In this document: positions 9,472 to 19,921 of the stretch, piece after piece
Layout of the letters: each line of letters opens with the position of its first letter
How positions within the stretch are numbered: the first letter of the stretch is position 1
DNA from: Desulfobacterales bacterium
Lineage (GTDB): Bacteria > Desulfobacterota > Desulfobacteria > Desulfobacterales > UBA5852
NCBI GenBank assembly: GCA_963674755.2
Contig: CAXXVS010000003.1
Span: 768,001-832,000 of the forward strand
Direction of reading: 5' to 3'
DNA: 64,000 bases
Made by a program: the position numbers and the translations under genes
The notes under the pieces: generated by a model
Told to the model about the DNA's origin: nothing
Seen by the model: the letters and a program-made list of their open reading frames with translations, nothing else
Databases searched by the model: none

Positions 9472-10017
9472 CTATTTCAGCGACAAGGAAGCTTTTATTA
9501 TCGGTTCTGTCGGCGTCTGAAAGCTATTGTCGGCTGAAGGACGAACCCGTTCAGAGTTTACGATATGGACGGCTCGGTTATGAATACGCTCCGGAACCTC
9601 AGGCGCTTCCTGGCTTAAATGATCCCATCTTTCTTTGAATGTCTTCATCAGGTTGGGCAGGTCATCGGCGTGATGGGAGAGAAACGCCTGGACATGTTCA
9701 ACATCACGGCGCAGCTTGCCATAGCGCGCCGCCGTGGCCCGGTTCCTCTCGGCCAGTTCAGAGAAACTGAGAAAGGTCTGGAGGCTTGCCAGCACGGCCG
9801 CCGCAACACTGAGCAGGCCCACCAGGATCTGTATGGGCGGATCTACGGCGGCCTTCACGGTCGAGAAGGCCGTTGTCCCCACTACTGTGGATAGAACCAC
9901 AACCGGGATGCCGTAAATGCGGTTCTAGCGGCTAAAATGCGTCGCGGCCATTTTGTGCTTGATGTGGCAGATACGAATACCCCGGTGCCATTGCGCCAGA
10001 ATTTTTTCAGGAGACAT
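9472..10017 (-). pseudogene. SLATT/DUF4231-like two-TM protein interrupted by in-frame TAG at codon 31
   Basis: MSPEKILAQWHRGIRICHIKHKMAATHFSR*NRIYGIPVVVLSTVVG...LASLQTFLSFSELAERNRATAARYGKLRRDVE; TAG at 9925-9927. Confidence 0.7.
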
Positions 10018-10217
10018 AGCAAACCCCCCGTGCAAAAAGATCCCTTTGTCGGGATGGTTGAAAGCGGCAGGAATGGCTCGAATGAGTTGGACAGCAGCAG
10101 CGAGGGAATCGATCGGGCTGGAATCGAATGGAGCAGCGCATTGTTTTGGCAGTCGTGAGAGCGCTGAAGTCGGCGAACCTTGTAAAGGTTCTTATCCGTT
10201 TCCAAGAATATAGTCAA

Positions 10218-10991
10218 TCATTTCTTCTCCAGGGTCACTTTGCGGCGGGTAAGCACGATGGTGCCGGCACCGGTTCCCTGTTCGACGACGGTTTTGGTCA
10301 GCTCTTCATGCTCGATCCACATCCCCTGTCCGATATCGAATACCGCCTCGCTCTTACCCCCGGCTTTCATATCCATGCCGGAGCCTTCCATCTTCATGCG
10401 CTGCTTGATGGAAAAGGTCGCCAAGCCGTCGCTGATATCTTCCAGCGTATAGGTTAACTTGATCGCACTTTTCATGCCGCCCATGCCCATCATGCCGGGC
10501 ATTTCGTAGCGGATGACGGCATCGAATTCATCGCCAGGTTCCAGCGCTTCTTCGGGAAACTCGGGGAAGAAAAAGATGGCCGGCTTCATGGCCGGACCGA
10601 GCATCTGGGCCATTTGGGGATTGCCGCCGGTGGCTTTATAGCCTTTGAGGGTGCCCAGTTGATGGACGTCGGCGGAAAACTGCATGCCGGCGAAGGAATT
10701 CATCTCATTGACCTGACCGTCGTTATCCCAATTTTTCTGGGATACGATCTGGCTGGCGATGCGAACCCATCCCTTGCCCAGGTCGCGGGCTACCTTGTAC
10801 ACCGTCAGCCGCTTGGCTCTCTGCACCATTTGAGTCCCCATCGCCTCGGTGGTGGTCTCGGACCTTTCGCTCATCTTCCAGGTATCCCCCTCCTGGAATC
10901 GATAGACAAAGCGCTGTCCGGCCAGGGCCGGGCCGGACAGCAGGAGGGTCACGAGCAGGGCCGCCGGGATCAGACTGGTTCGCGTTCGCAT
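10218..10991 (-). CDS. Secreted hypothetical protein (beta-rich)
   Basis: Signal peptide ending ALA; start overlaps the upstream stop. Confidence 0.7.
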   Translation of the reverse strand: MRTRTSLIPAALLVTLLLSGPALAGQRFVYRFQEGDTWKMSERSETTTEAMGTQMVQRAKRLTVYKVARDLGKGWVRIASQIVSQKNWDNDGQVNEMNSFAGMQFSADVHQLGTLKGYKATGGNPQMAQMLGPAMKPAIFFFPEFPEEALEPGDEFDAVIRYEMPGMMGMGGMKSAIKLTYTLEDISDGLATFSIKQRMKMEGSGMDMKAGGKSEAVFDIGQGMWIEHEELTKTVVEQGTGAGTIVLTRRKVTLEKK

Positions 10992-12433
10992 CACAATTCC
11001 GCCTTTCTTTTCAGAGATTTGATTTTGCGCTGGATTTTTTTGCGATCCGCGGCGGAAGGGGCGGCCTTAAGATAGCCCTGATAGGCGGCCACGGCGTCGT
11101 CATAGCGCTCCCAGTCTTCGTATAACGCGCCAAGCGCCTTCCAGGGCGCGGCATAGCGGCGGTCCTTCTGGGCGGCTTCACGATAGAGGCTTTCGGCCTC
11201 CTTTTTTTGCCCCTCGGTGGCGGCGAAGGCGAAATCGCCCAGCGCGCATTTGGCCAGGCCGTATAGAACCGGGGCTTCGCGAAACCCCTTGCGGTAGAGG
11301 TTGCGATAATCGGTCTCGGCCTGCTGATACATCTCGTCTTCCATCAAGCGCTCCGCCCGGGGCAGGAGGATTTTCCGGATGAAGGCCTGGTAATCTTTAA
11401 CGCCCTGATCCCCGTGGCCGCCGTTCAGCGATTCGCGCACTTCCGTGAGGTTCACATAGCCATCCACCAGCGCCGGCCGGGACGGCGGCGTATCCGCAAT
11501 CGTGCGGGTCAGCCCGCTCTGCCCCAGGGAGGTACGCATCTGCTGCTGGAACAGGCGCATCATGGCCTGCATCTGCCTGAGCTGCTCGGCCATATCGCCC
11601 AGGCCCTGCTCTTCGGCACGGTTCAAGCTGTTGGTCAGATTCAGGACATTTTGCCAGGCCGCCGACGCCTGGCGGGGGTCGTAGCCGGCCCTTGCCAGGA
11701 GCACCATGCCCTGGATATCGGCGGCCACTTCGAAACGCTGGCGGGGATCGATGCGGTCGCCCTGGGCATCTTCTTCCGGAATGGCGGCGATGGCCTCTTT
11801 CATCCCGTAGTAGGTACCTTGCGCGGCGCCGATCGTGGCCTGGGATTTCATTGCGGACAGATAGGTATCTTCCCCCTTCATCACGCGGTCGGCTTGTTTG
11901 GCGGATTCAACATCGGCCACATAGTCCACGGCCGAATCCAGCATGGCTCCGAAAATCGCTCCGGCTGTGGCCATATAGCGCTGCTGCCGCTCGGCCGCCT
12001 TGATTTCCTGATAGAGCAGGAGATAATGGCCGTTCATGATGTGCGCCATTTCATGGGCCAGAAGGGCGGCCAGCTGCGCTTCATTGTCCGCCGAGAGCAC
12101 GGCGGCGGTGGTGATGACGAGGTTCCCGTCGGTATAAGAATAGACCTGGGGTGTCGGTGCGTCGATAATGGTTATGCGCGGGACGACGCCGGCCGGCGGT
12201 TGGTCGCTGCCCTGCAGCTTTTTCACGACCTGTTGCAGGTATGACAGATAGGCCTGGTCCGTGACGATGGGCCGCGCGCGCATCTCTTCGGCATACGACT
12301 GCGCGGCCTGGGCGATCAAGGCCCGGCCATCGTCATTGACCTCGATGGGGGCCGCCTGCCCCCCGACCGTCCAAAGCAATAACAAAACGCTGATTGTCCC
12401 GATAAGGTACGCTCTGCTGCATGGCTCGTTCAT
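10991..12433 (-). CDS. M48-family metallopeptidase with C-terminal TPR repeats, secreted
   Basis: Signal peptide, LAALLAHEMAH zinc motif, EVAAD, GYDP, TPR-like C-terminus. Confidence 0.8.
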   Translation of the reverse strand: MNEPCSRAYLIGTISVLLLLWTVGGQAAPIEVNDDGRALIAQAAQSYAEEMRARPIVTDQAYLSYLQQVVKKLQGSDQPPAGVVPRITIIDAPTPQVYSYTDGNLVITTAAVLSADNEAQLAALLAHEMAHIMNGHYLLLYQEIKAAERQQRYMATAGAIFGAMLDSAVDYVADVESAKQADRVMKGEDTYLSAMKSQATIGAAQGTYYGMKEAIAAIPEEDAQGDRIDPRQRFEVAADIQGMVLLARAGYDPRQASAAWQNVLNLTNSLNRAEEQGLGDMAEQLRQMQAMMRLFQQQMRTSLGQSGLTRTIADTPPSRPALVDGYVNLTEVRESLNGGHGDQGVKDYQAFIRKILLPRAERLMEDEMYQQAETDYRNLYRKGFREAPVLYGLAKCALGDFAFAATEGQKKEAESLYREAAQKDRRYAAPWKALGALYEDWERYDDAVAAYQGYLKAAPSAADRKKIQRKIKSLKRKAEL

Positions 12434-12780
12434 TCGGCCCCCTCTGAGAATAGGTGCGATTTTCTTCCGTTGTGAGCCCGTTCTATTTTCTATAACGGAA
12501 ATCAGGTCATGTTTCAATCGGAGGGAGATCGCGACGAATTCAAAAACTTGAGCCGAAAGCACTCGCACTACTTCCGCCCGGCCTGTTTGGAGAGATAGGA
12601 ATTCGCCTTCCCAGAGGCCGGTTATGACCTTCCTGGCAGATAGCGGATCCAAGCCCAGGCTGCCGCCGGGACCCAAAGGTGCAACCACAAAATCGCCGGC
12701 ATCGGTTGAACAACGGACCAAAGTATCATAGACTTGTCCGTAAACGACCACCCATCCTACCCGGGACACTGCTTTACGCC

Positions 12781-13752
12781 ATGCCACCATTCCGCCGCGA
12801 GATCTTAAATCTCCTCGAACAGGGTGTTATCCCGGCCGACAAGACCGATGAGGCTTTGGCGGTCGCCGGCATCACCCCCGATGCCAAAGCCTGGAAAACC
12901 TTCATCGATCATCTCCTGCTCTGGCTGGGCGCTCTGGCCCTGGCTTTCGCGGCCATGTTCTTTATCGCCTACAACTGGGGCGAGATCGGCCGCATGGGCA
13001 AGTTCGGCCTGGTGGAAGGGCTGATCCTCCTGGCGGTCGCGGCCTACTGGAAACTGGGCGACCATGCCATGGGGGGTAAGGTTGCGCTCTTTGCGGCGAC
13101 GATCCTGCTGGGCGTTTTGCTGGCCTTATTCGGGCAGACCTACCAGACCGGCGCCGATCCCTGGCAGTTGTTTTTCACCTGGGCCCTGCTGATGCTGCCC
13201 TGGGCCATCGTGGGGCGTTTCCCGGCCATCTGGCTGGTATGGATCGCCCTTATCAACCTTTCCATCATCCTCTACCATCAGGCTTTGCGGGGCGTGTTCG
13301 GGCTGATGTTCGGCTCGGACAACGGCATGCTTTGGCTGACCTTTGCCGTCAACGCGTTCGCTTTGCTTGCCTGGGAAGTCCTGTCCAAACCATGGCCCTG
13401 GCTGGCCGAACGCTGGGCCGTGCGCCTGCTGGCCGTGGGCAGCGGCGTGCCGCTGACCTGGCTGGTGATCTTTGGCATTGTCGATAGGGAGCACGGCCTG
13501 GTGCTGGCCGGAGCGGCCTGGGGCCTATGGCTGGCGGTGATGGTCTTCGTCTACCGACGGAAGCGCCCCGACCTTTTCATGCTGGCCGGCTGCTGCCTGT
13601 CCGGTATCGTCGTGGTGGTCACCTTTCTCGGGCGGCATATGCTCGAAACGGGCGGGGCCGGCAGTCTTCTGATGCTCGCCCTGGTCATCATCGGCCTGGG
13701 GGCAGGGTCGGCCGTCTGGCTCAGAAATGTCCATCGGGAGTGGCAATCATGA
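12781..13752 (+). CDS. DUF2157-domain membrane protein
   Basis: FFIAYNW, GQTYQTGADPWQLF motifs, many TM segments. Confidence 0.85.
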   Translation: MPPFRREILNLLEQGVIPADKTDEALAVAGITPDAKAWKTFIDHLLLWLGALALAFAAMFFIAYNWGEIGRMGKFGLVEGLILLAVAAYWKLGDHAMGGKVALFAATILLGVLLALFGQTYQTGADPWQLFFTWALLMLPWAIVGRFPAIWLVWIALINLSIILYHQALRGVFGLMFGSDNGMLWLTFAVNAFALLAWEVLSKPWPWLAERWAVRLLAVGSGVPLTWLVIFGIVDREHGLVLAGAAWGLWLAVMVFVYRRKRPDLFMLAGCCLSGIVVVVTFLGRHMLETGGAGSLLMLALVIIGLGAGSAVWLRNVHREWQS

Positions 13753-14819
13753 GTCGGTCGGGAGAACCGCTCTGGGAGACGCTGCTTGCGGCCGGCCTGG
13801 TTCAGGGCGAGGCGCCGGCAACGGACACGATGGAATCCCCCTGGTATGTGAAGGCCCTCCTGGCCTTTTCGGGCTGGCTGGCGGCGATGTTCCTGCTGGG
13901 CTTCGTTGGCGTGGGATTTCGATTCATCATGGATAGCGGGCTCGCTTCCCTGATCGCCGGCGGCGCGATGATGGGGGGTGCCTATGCCATCTTGCGCATC
14001 CCCAAAAATGAGTTCGTGGAACACCTGGCCCTGGCCATGAGCATCGCGGGCCAGGCCCTGGCCATATATGCCTTTTTCGAAATCCTTGATACCCATGGCG
14101 CGCTGTTGTGGGCCTTGGTGACGCTCCTGCAGATCCTGCTGGCGGTCATCATGCCCAACGATGTGCATCGGGTCTGGTCGTCCTATGCCGCCGCCGTCAC
14201 GTTGGCATTGACGCTGGCGTCCATGCGGGTGCCTTACCTGGCGCACGGGCTCGTCATGCTGCTCGCGGCCTGGATATGGCTCAACGAGTTCCGCTACCGC
14301 CGCTATATGCGACATATGCGGGCCATCGGGTATGGCCTGGTCATCGCCTTGATCCAGTTGACCGGCACGACCTTGTTTCATCGAGAGAACTTGGGCGGTC
14401 TAATCGAATACAGCCCCGGCGCAGCGTTGCTCCCCGCCTGGCTCGGTGAGCTGGCGACCGGTGCCGTGCTGCTCTACGTCGTCTGGAAGCTGCTGCCGCG
14501 GCTGGGCCTGCGCCCGAAGGAACCCCTCGCCCTGACCGCCCTGCTCAGCACCCTGTTGTTTGGCGGGGTATCGCTGGAGGCCCATGGCATTGCCGCCGGC
14601 CTGACGATTATCCTGCTGGGGTTTGCCGGGGGCAATCGCGTTCTCCTGGGACTGGGCATGGCCGCCCTGCTTTTCTTTATTTCGTCCTACTACTATCTGC
14701 TCGAAAAGACGCTGCTGTATAAATCCGGGACATTGCTTCTGGTGGGCGTTGTTCTGTTGGCCGCGCGCGGGTTAATGATGCGGGTCGCCTCCCGGCCGAG
14801 GGGAGCCGTCAATGGCTAA
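13749..14819 (+). CDS. DUF4401-domain membrane protein
   Basis: SPWYV..L..FSGW, YYYLLEKTLLYKS; ATGA overlap. Confidence 0.8.
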   Translation: MSRSGEPLWETLLAAGLVQGEAPATDTMESPWYVKALLAFSGWLAAMFLLGFVGVGFRFIMDSGLASLIAGGAMMGGAYAILRIPKNEFVEHLALAMSIAGQALAIYAFFEILDTHGALLWALVTLLQILLAVIMPNDVHRVWSSYAAAVTLALTLASMRVPYLAHGLVMLLAAWIWLNEFRYRRYMRHMRAIGYGLVIALIQLTGTTLFHRENLGGLIEYSPGAALLPAWLGELATGAVLLYVVWKLLPRLGLRPKEPLALTALLSTLLFGGVSLEAHGIAAGLTIILLGFAGGNRVLLGLGMAALLFFISSYYYLLEKTLLYKSGTLLLVGVVLLAARGLMMRVASRPRGAVNG

Positions 14820-15339
14820 AAAAATCGTTCTGCTGGCCACGGTCTTCATCCTGGGCATCGTCAACTGGTCGATCATCGGCAAGGAAACCCACCTGGCCCA
14901 AGGCCGCATCGTTTACCTCGAACTGGCCCCGGTGGATCCGCGCTCCCTGATGCAGGGCGACTACATGGCCCTGCGCTTTAAGATCGCCAATGCAGTCCAC
15001 CAGGCCCTCCCCAAGGCAGACGAACACCGGGGCTGGCGCCGGGCCGTGGATGCATCCGACGGCTATGTGGTGGTGGCCCTGGACGCCCGGCGGGTCGGCG
15101 CTTTCAAAGGCCTGGATGACAACACGCCCCTGGCGGAAGATGAATTGCGTCTGCGCTTCCGGGTGCGCAACGGCGAGGTCAAATTCGCCACGAATGCCTT
15201 CTTCTTCCAGGAAGGCCACGCCCATGACTACGCGCCGGCCAGGTATGGTCAGTTCCGGGTTGACGACAAGGGTGAATTATTGCTGGTCGCCATGTACGAT
15301 AAAGACCTGAATCGGCTGGGACCGGCGGCAACGCCTTGA
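14812..15339 (+). CDS. GDYXXLXY-domain protein
   Basis: LAPVDPRSLMQGDYMALRF, FFFQEG. Confidence 0.9.
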   Translation: MAKKIVLLATVFILGIVNWSIIGKETHLAQGRIVYLELAPVDPRSLMQGDYMALRFKIANAVHQALPKADEHRGWRRAVDASDGYVVVALDARRVGAFKGLDDNTPLAEDELRLRFRVRNGEVKFATNAFFFQEGHAHDYAPARYGQFRVDDKGELLLVAMYDKDLNRLGPAATP

Positions 15340-15420
15340 AGAGCTACACGCCTTGCCACCGCCAAGGCCGGACGCGGCACCGCCTTGATTCCCAACGAAA
15401 ATCCTCATTTTGAGATGGCT

Positions 15421-16209
15421 TCATGGGCCCGGAAAAATCTCGTTGAAAAATAAGGTCATGGCCTGCCAGGAGCGGCGATCCGAATCGGGGTTGTAGGCCA
15501 GGGCATCCATCCCGAACTTGGCGGCATCGGGGTTGGTGAAGCCGTGGCGCGTGTTGCCGTAGACGATCAACTGCCAGTCGATGGACGTTTCATTCAATGC
15601 CTGGACGTAGTCCGTGATGGCTTCCGGTTTGTTGAAGGGATCCAGGGCCCCGTGGCAGATCAGCATCTTGGCCCTGGTGCGCTGCCCCTCTTCGGGCGTG
15701 GGCGGGATGAGGGAGCCGTGGAAACTGACCACGCCTTGCAGGTCGGCACCGCTGTAAGCCAATACCTGCACGGTGGCCCCGCCGAAGCAGTAGCCGATGG
15801 CCGCCAGGTGTGCGGTATCCACCTGGGGCTGTTTTTTAAGGACCTCCAGCCCCGCCAGGGCGCGTTTCAGCCACAGGTCCCGATTGCTGTTGACCGCCTT
15901 CATCCAGGCGCCGGCCTGGTCGGGATGTGCCGTCTCCCGCCCCTTGCCGTACATGTCGAGCGCAAAGGCCACGTAGCCCATGCCCGCCAGCTCCGCGGCC
16001 CGGCCGCGGACATAATCGTTCAAGCCCCACCATTCGTGCACCACCAGCACCCCGGGCCGCTTGCCGGCCAGGGCATCGTCGTAGGCCAGATACCCCTCCA
16101 GTTGAACGCCGTCCTGGGTGTAGGCCACCGGCCGGGTGACCAGCTTGGCCTGGACCGTACCGGCCGTCAGCAAAACAAGGACCACTGCCATAAGATAGCG
16201 TGTATTCAT
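15421..16209 (-). CDS. Dienelactone hydrolase-family protein, exported
   Basis: HEWWGLN, GYCFGG, HGALD, HGFTNP; AAGGAG RBS. Confidence 0.9.
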   Translation of the reverse strand: MNTRYLMAVVLVLLTAGTVQAKLVTRPVAYTQDGVQLEGYLAYDDALAGKRPGVLVVHEWWGLNDYVRGRAAELAGMGYVAFALDMYGKGRETAHPDQAGAWMKAVNSNRDLWLKRALAGLEVLKKQPQVDTAHLAAIGYCFGGATVQVLAYSGADLQGVVSFHGSLIPPTPEEGQRTRAKMLICHGALDPFNKPEAITDYVQALNETSIDWQLIVYGNTRHGFTNPDAAKFGMDALAYNPDSDRRSWQAMTLFFNEIFPGP

Positions 16210-16628
16210 AAGGTCTCCTTTCACCAAAGCCCCTGCGGGTGAAGGCATCCCCGGCCTAAATGCGTGCGGGGTTACCTGCCGCAGACGCCCTGGAAGTCAA
16301 TCGTCGCTCAGGGGCGTGCCGCCATCGGATGCAGGGGCGGCCGCCATCACAAGGCCTTCAAATGGTTTCCAAACCATTTGTCGTACAGTAGAGCCGATTT
16401 CGGGGATCTCAAGCCGACGGCGGTGGCAATTAGGGTGCGTGAGGGGGCCGGACCAAACCCGCATGTTGTAAATATAGCGAAAGCGCTATAAGGTTTTTCG
16501 CTGAGGCGCCTCCAGGACCGCCCTTTTAAGTGCTAAAATGCGTCGATAGGATCATCGCGAACCAATACGATGGCCGCTATGCGGCAATGCGTGATAATTG
16601 CGAGCGATAGGGAGGGGTGGCTTAGATC

Positions 16629-17063
16629 ATGGTACAGCATCTTTTCCTCAGCTTTCTGGCCCTGGTCGCCGGCACCCGTTTCGTGATTCAGCAGGCGGTC
16701 AATTCCAATCTGTGCCATGAGCTGGGCTCGGCCAGGTGGGCCGGGTTCGTCAGCTACCTGGGCGGCACGATCGTCATGCTGGTCATGGTCCTGGCGATGC
16801 GCGTCCCGCTGCTGTCCTTCCAGGTGATCGCACGCAGCTCCTGGTGGTCGTGGTGGGGCGGCCTGTTCGGCGCGGTCTGCATCGTCATTTCAATCCTGCT
16901 CCTGCCGCGGCCGGGGGCCTTCACGGTCGTGGCCCTGATCGTCATCGGGCAGCTCGTGACCCCCCTCGTCTTCGACCACTTCGGCATCCTGAACGTGCCG
17001 CACTGCCCGATTACCGTATTCGTAAACAGTCAACGAAAGGACCAAAAATGGTGTTTGATTTAA
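16629..17063 (+). pseudogene. DMT/YdcZ (DUF606) transporter, C-terminally degenerate
   Basis: QQAVNSNL, WWSWWGGLFGA, GQL...FDHFG; last TM helix replaced by an AT-rich unrelated tail. Confidence 0.55.
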
Positions 17064-17106
17064 GGCCAGATTGGGGTGAGGGAATTAAAGAGGAGGTGAG
17101 GGCTAA

Positions 17107-17709
17107 ATGGGTGTGTCAATAAATCCATCTTTGCAAGCGCTTTTGCGTGAACTCGAAGCGTTCGGGCAACAAAACGATCAGACCATTTCCGATCGTCCCC
17201 GGCGCATGCTGAACATCACGCGCGATACAGGGGAATTTTTGTCCGTGATCATCCTGGCCATGGATGCCCGGCGAATCCTTGAGATCGGCACCTCGAACGG
17301 TTATTCAACCCTTTGGCTCGCTTCCGCCGCGCGAGCCATCGACGGGCATGTCACCACGATTGAACTGTCCGAATTCAAGATCGCCCTGGCCACCCGGAAT
17401 TTCGAACGTTCGGGATTGGCCGGAACCATCCGCCAGGTGCGGGGTAGTGCGACGGACTTTCTGCAGTCTGCAAATGACGGCAGTTTCGATCTGATTTTTC
17501 TTGATTCCGAGCGTGGCGAATATCCGGGCTGGTGGCCGGACATCAGGCGTACTCTCCGACCGTCCGGGCTGCTTGTGGTGGACAATGCGCTATCGCATGC
17601 CGATGAAATGATGCCGTTTATGGCCCTGGCATGCGCCGATCCGGAATTTGCCACTTGCACCGTGCCGATCGGCAATGGTGAATTTCTGGCGACCCGGACG
17701 GTCCGGTAG
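17107..17709 (+). CDS. SAM-dependent O-methyltransferase
   Basis: ILEIGTSNGYSTLWLA, DLIFLD, VVDN. Confidence 0.9.
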   Translation: MGVSINPSLQALLRELEAFGQQNDQTISDRPRRMLNITRDTGEFLSVIILAMDARRILEIGTSNGYSTLWLASAARAIDGHVTTIELSEFKIALATRNFERSGLAGTIRQVRGSATDFLQSANDGSFDLIFLDSERGEYPGWWPDIRRTLRPSGLLVVDNALSHADEMMPFMALACADPEFATCTVPIGNGEFLATRTVR

Positions 17710-17873
17710 ATATCGCTTGCAAGCGCCGATTAAAGGCGCGACGCGGCAGGGCCAGGCAGGAAGGCCTTATGGGGTCGGTCCTCAACATAGATTCGAAAAA
17801 AATAGACCGCTTTGCTTTAAACTGTAACAGGTGGGGTGGCCTCGATGCAGGAGGAGGTTCCGATGGTGCGGCC

Positions 17874-19136
17874 ATGAAGAAATATTGCCTTCTATCATTA
17901 GCCGTCTGCGCGCTCCTGATGAGCAGGCCGGCAGGCGCCTGCACCGGTTTGGTAGTGCAGGACGGCGAGCGGGTGCTGGTGGGCAACAACGAGGACTGGT
18001 TCAATCCACGCGCCAAGATCTGGTTCATTCTGCCGGCGCATGACCGCTATGGCAGCGTCTTTTTCGGGTTCGACAATTTCTGGCCCCAGGGCGGCATGAA
18101 TCAGAAGGGATTGTTTTTCGATGCCTTCGCCCTGAAACCGAAAACGGTCGAAAATCCTGAGGCCAAGCCGCGTTACAAGGGCAACTTGATCAAGGAGGTC
18201 ATGGCAACCTGTGGGACGGTAAAGGAAGCTTTGGCACTGATCGACCGGTACAGTCTGGATTTCATGAATCATTTCCAGTTGTTCATTGCCGATGCCACCG
18301 GCGATGCGGCTATTGTCGAAGGCAACGCGGTCGTCCGCAAACAAGGTGCCTACCAGGTGGTCACCAACTTCCGGCAATCGGAAACCGGGCCCGGTGAGAT
18401 TTCATGCCCGCGCTATCGGATCGCCAATGATATGCTGCAAAATTGCAGGACCGATAAGATGGGCTGCGTACGCAACATCCTGGCCGCCACCCACCAGGAA
18501 GAGAAGGCCGTGACCCTTTATTCCAACATCTACGACCTGAAGGCCCGGCGGGTCCATGTCTACTACTTCCACAATTTTCAGGACGAGGTGGTCATCGACC
18601 TCGAAGCGACCTTGGCCGGCCAACCCGAGGTGATCGACCTGCCGACGTTGTTCCCGCCCAACCGCGCGGCGCAGGCCTTTATGGACCGCTTCACCCGTTT
18701 GAAAAAGACCTATTTCCACGAGGAGACGCCGCGATTCACGGTGCGCTATCCTGCCGTGTACGAAGCCGATCAGCCCCTGGACGACAGCCAGGTGTTTCTG
18801 GCCTGGTGCCGCTACGGCCGGCTGCCGGCGCTCACCGTGGACGTGACGCCTGCCGAGGCGGATAGGCCCCTTTCCAGGGTGGGGAGTGAGGTCTATGCCC
18901 CGCGGCTGCGCAAGTTTGGCAAGAAGGTGAGGATTCTCTCCAATCGTCCGGTCAGACTGGCGGACGGTTCGGAGGCTTACGAAACCCGGATTACCTGGCG
19001 GTTTAAGGGGCGCATTTCCCTGCACACCATCGTTCTTTCGGCCGAACGGGAGAACAAGCTGGTCAACGCCGCCCTGCATCATACGGGCGAGTTGGATTAC
19101 CTGCAGCACATCCCGTACAGCCTGCGGTTCGAATAG
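17874..19136 (+). CDS. Secreted Ntn-hydrolase (linear amide C-N hydrolase/C45-like) with extra C-terminal domain
   Basis: Signal peptide ..AGA|CT, GNNEDW, GMNQKGL, VTNF. Confidence 0.75.
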   Translation: MKKYCLLSLAVCALLMSRPAGACTGLVVQDGERVLVGNNEDWFNPRAKIWFILPAHDRYGSVFFGFDNFWPQGGMNQKGLFFDAFALKPKTVENPEAKPRYKGNLIKEVMATCGTVKEALALIDRYSLDFMNHFQLFIADATGDAAIVEGNAVVRKQGAYQVVTNFRQSETGPGEISCPRYRIANDMLQNCRTDKMGCVRNILAATHQEEKAVTLYSNIYDLKARRVHVYYFHNFQDEVVIDLEATLAGQPEVIDLPTLFPPNRAAQAFMDRFTRLKKTYFHEETPRFTVRYPAVYEADQPLDDSQVFLAWCRYGRLPALTVDVTPAEADRPLSRVGSEVYAPRLRKFGKKVRILSNRPVRLADGSEAYETRITWRFKGRISLHTIVLSAERENKLVNAALHHTGELDYLQHIPYSLRFE

Positions 19137-19258
19137 GGGCCGACCGGCAGCGTAGGGTTTCAGGGAAGGTCCGCGAGACGGGAAGGCCGGGTGGCCTCTC
19201 CATGACGAAACCGTACGCTCGATATCCCCAACCATCATTAGGACGAAAAGGCATTGCA

Positions 19259-19921
19259 ATGAAAAATGAAAACGATCGGAATTTATCCCTAGCCATGCTG
19301 CATGGCGCGGTGAACGCAAGCCCTGCAACCGGCGAAGGGCGGTCAAATGAAGCCGCCGGAAGCAAGGGGAACAGCGTCAAACGAATTTTGGCCTTGTTCT
19401 GCTGTCTGGTGGCAGGCATCGGTGCCGTTTCCTGCACGAGCTTCAAGTCCAGAGATTATGCCGGTGAGAAGATCGCCCTCACGAAAGAGGATATCAGCCC
19501 TGAAACCGTCTGGCAGATCGGCGACGACGTGTATTTCGTGCGGCTGGTGGAGGGGGGTACGCTTGTGGCCGCCACCATTAACTGGGAAGAAAAAAAGGGC
19601 GCTTATGCGATGCGGACCTGTCAGCTCGTCCCGTCCAAGATCGGCGGCGACCACTTCCTGAATGTGAAGGAGGGGGAATATTATACGATATTACGAATGG
19701 TGGGCGCCGGGACGGATGCGGTGGTCCTTTTCACAGTGGACAAGGACAAGCTTGAGAAGGACATGGCCGACGGTCTGCTGCAAGCCTCCCAAGAAGATGG
19801 AAATATTATTATGGACGGCCCCAAGGAAGCGTTGGACCGCTATATCGCAAGCCATATCGCCACCCTGTTCTCTTTAGAAGCCGCCGGGGTGGCAAGATTG
19901 ATCTCGGGCCAATTGAAATGA
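19259..19921 (+). CDS. Probable lipoprotein, start uncertain
   Basis: KRILALFCCLVAGIGAVSC lipobox-like segment. Confidence 0.5.
   Translation: MKNENDRNLSLAMLHGAVNASPATGEGRSNEAAGSKGNSVKRILALFCCLVAGIGAVSCTSFKSRDYAGEKIALTKEDISPETVWQIGDDVYFVRLVEGGTLVAATINWEEKKGAYAMRTCQLVPSKIGGDHFLNVKEGEYYTILRMVGAGTDAVVLFTVDKDKLEKDMADGLLQASQEDGNIIMDGPKEALDRYIASHIATLFSLEAAGVARLISGQLK

Noticed and set aside
9925..9927. Pyrrolysine codon
   Set aside because: No pyl genes in the window and not a methyltransferase context; a nonsense mutation is simpler
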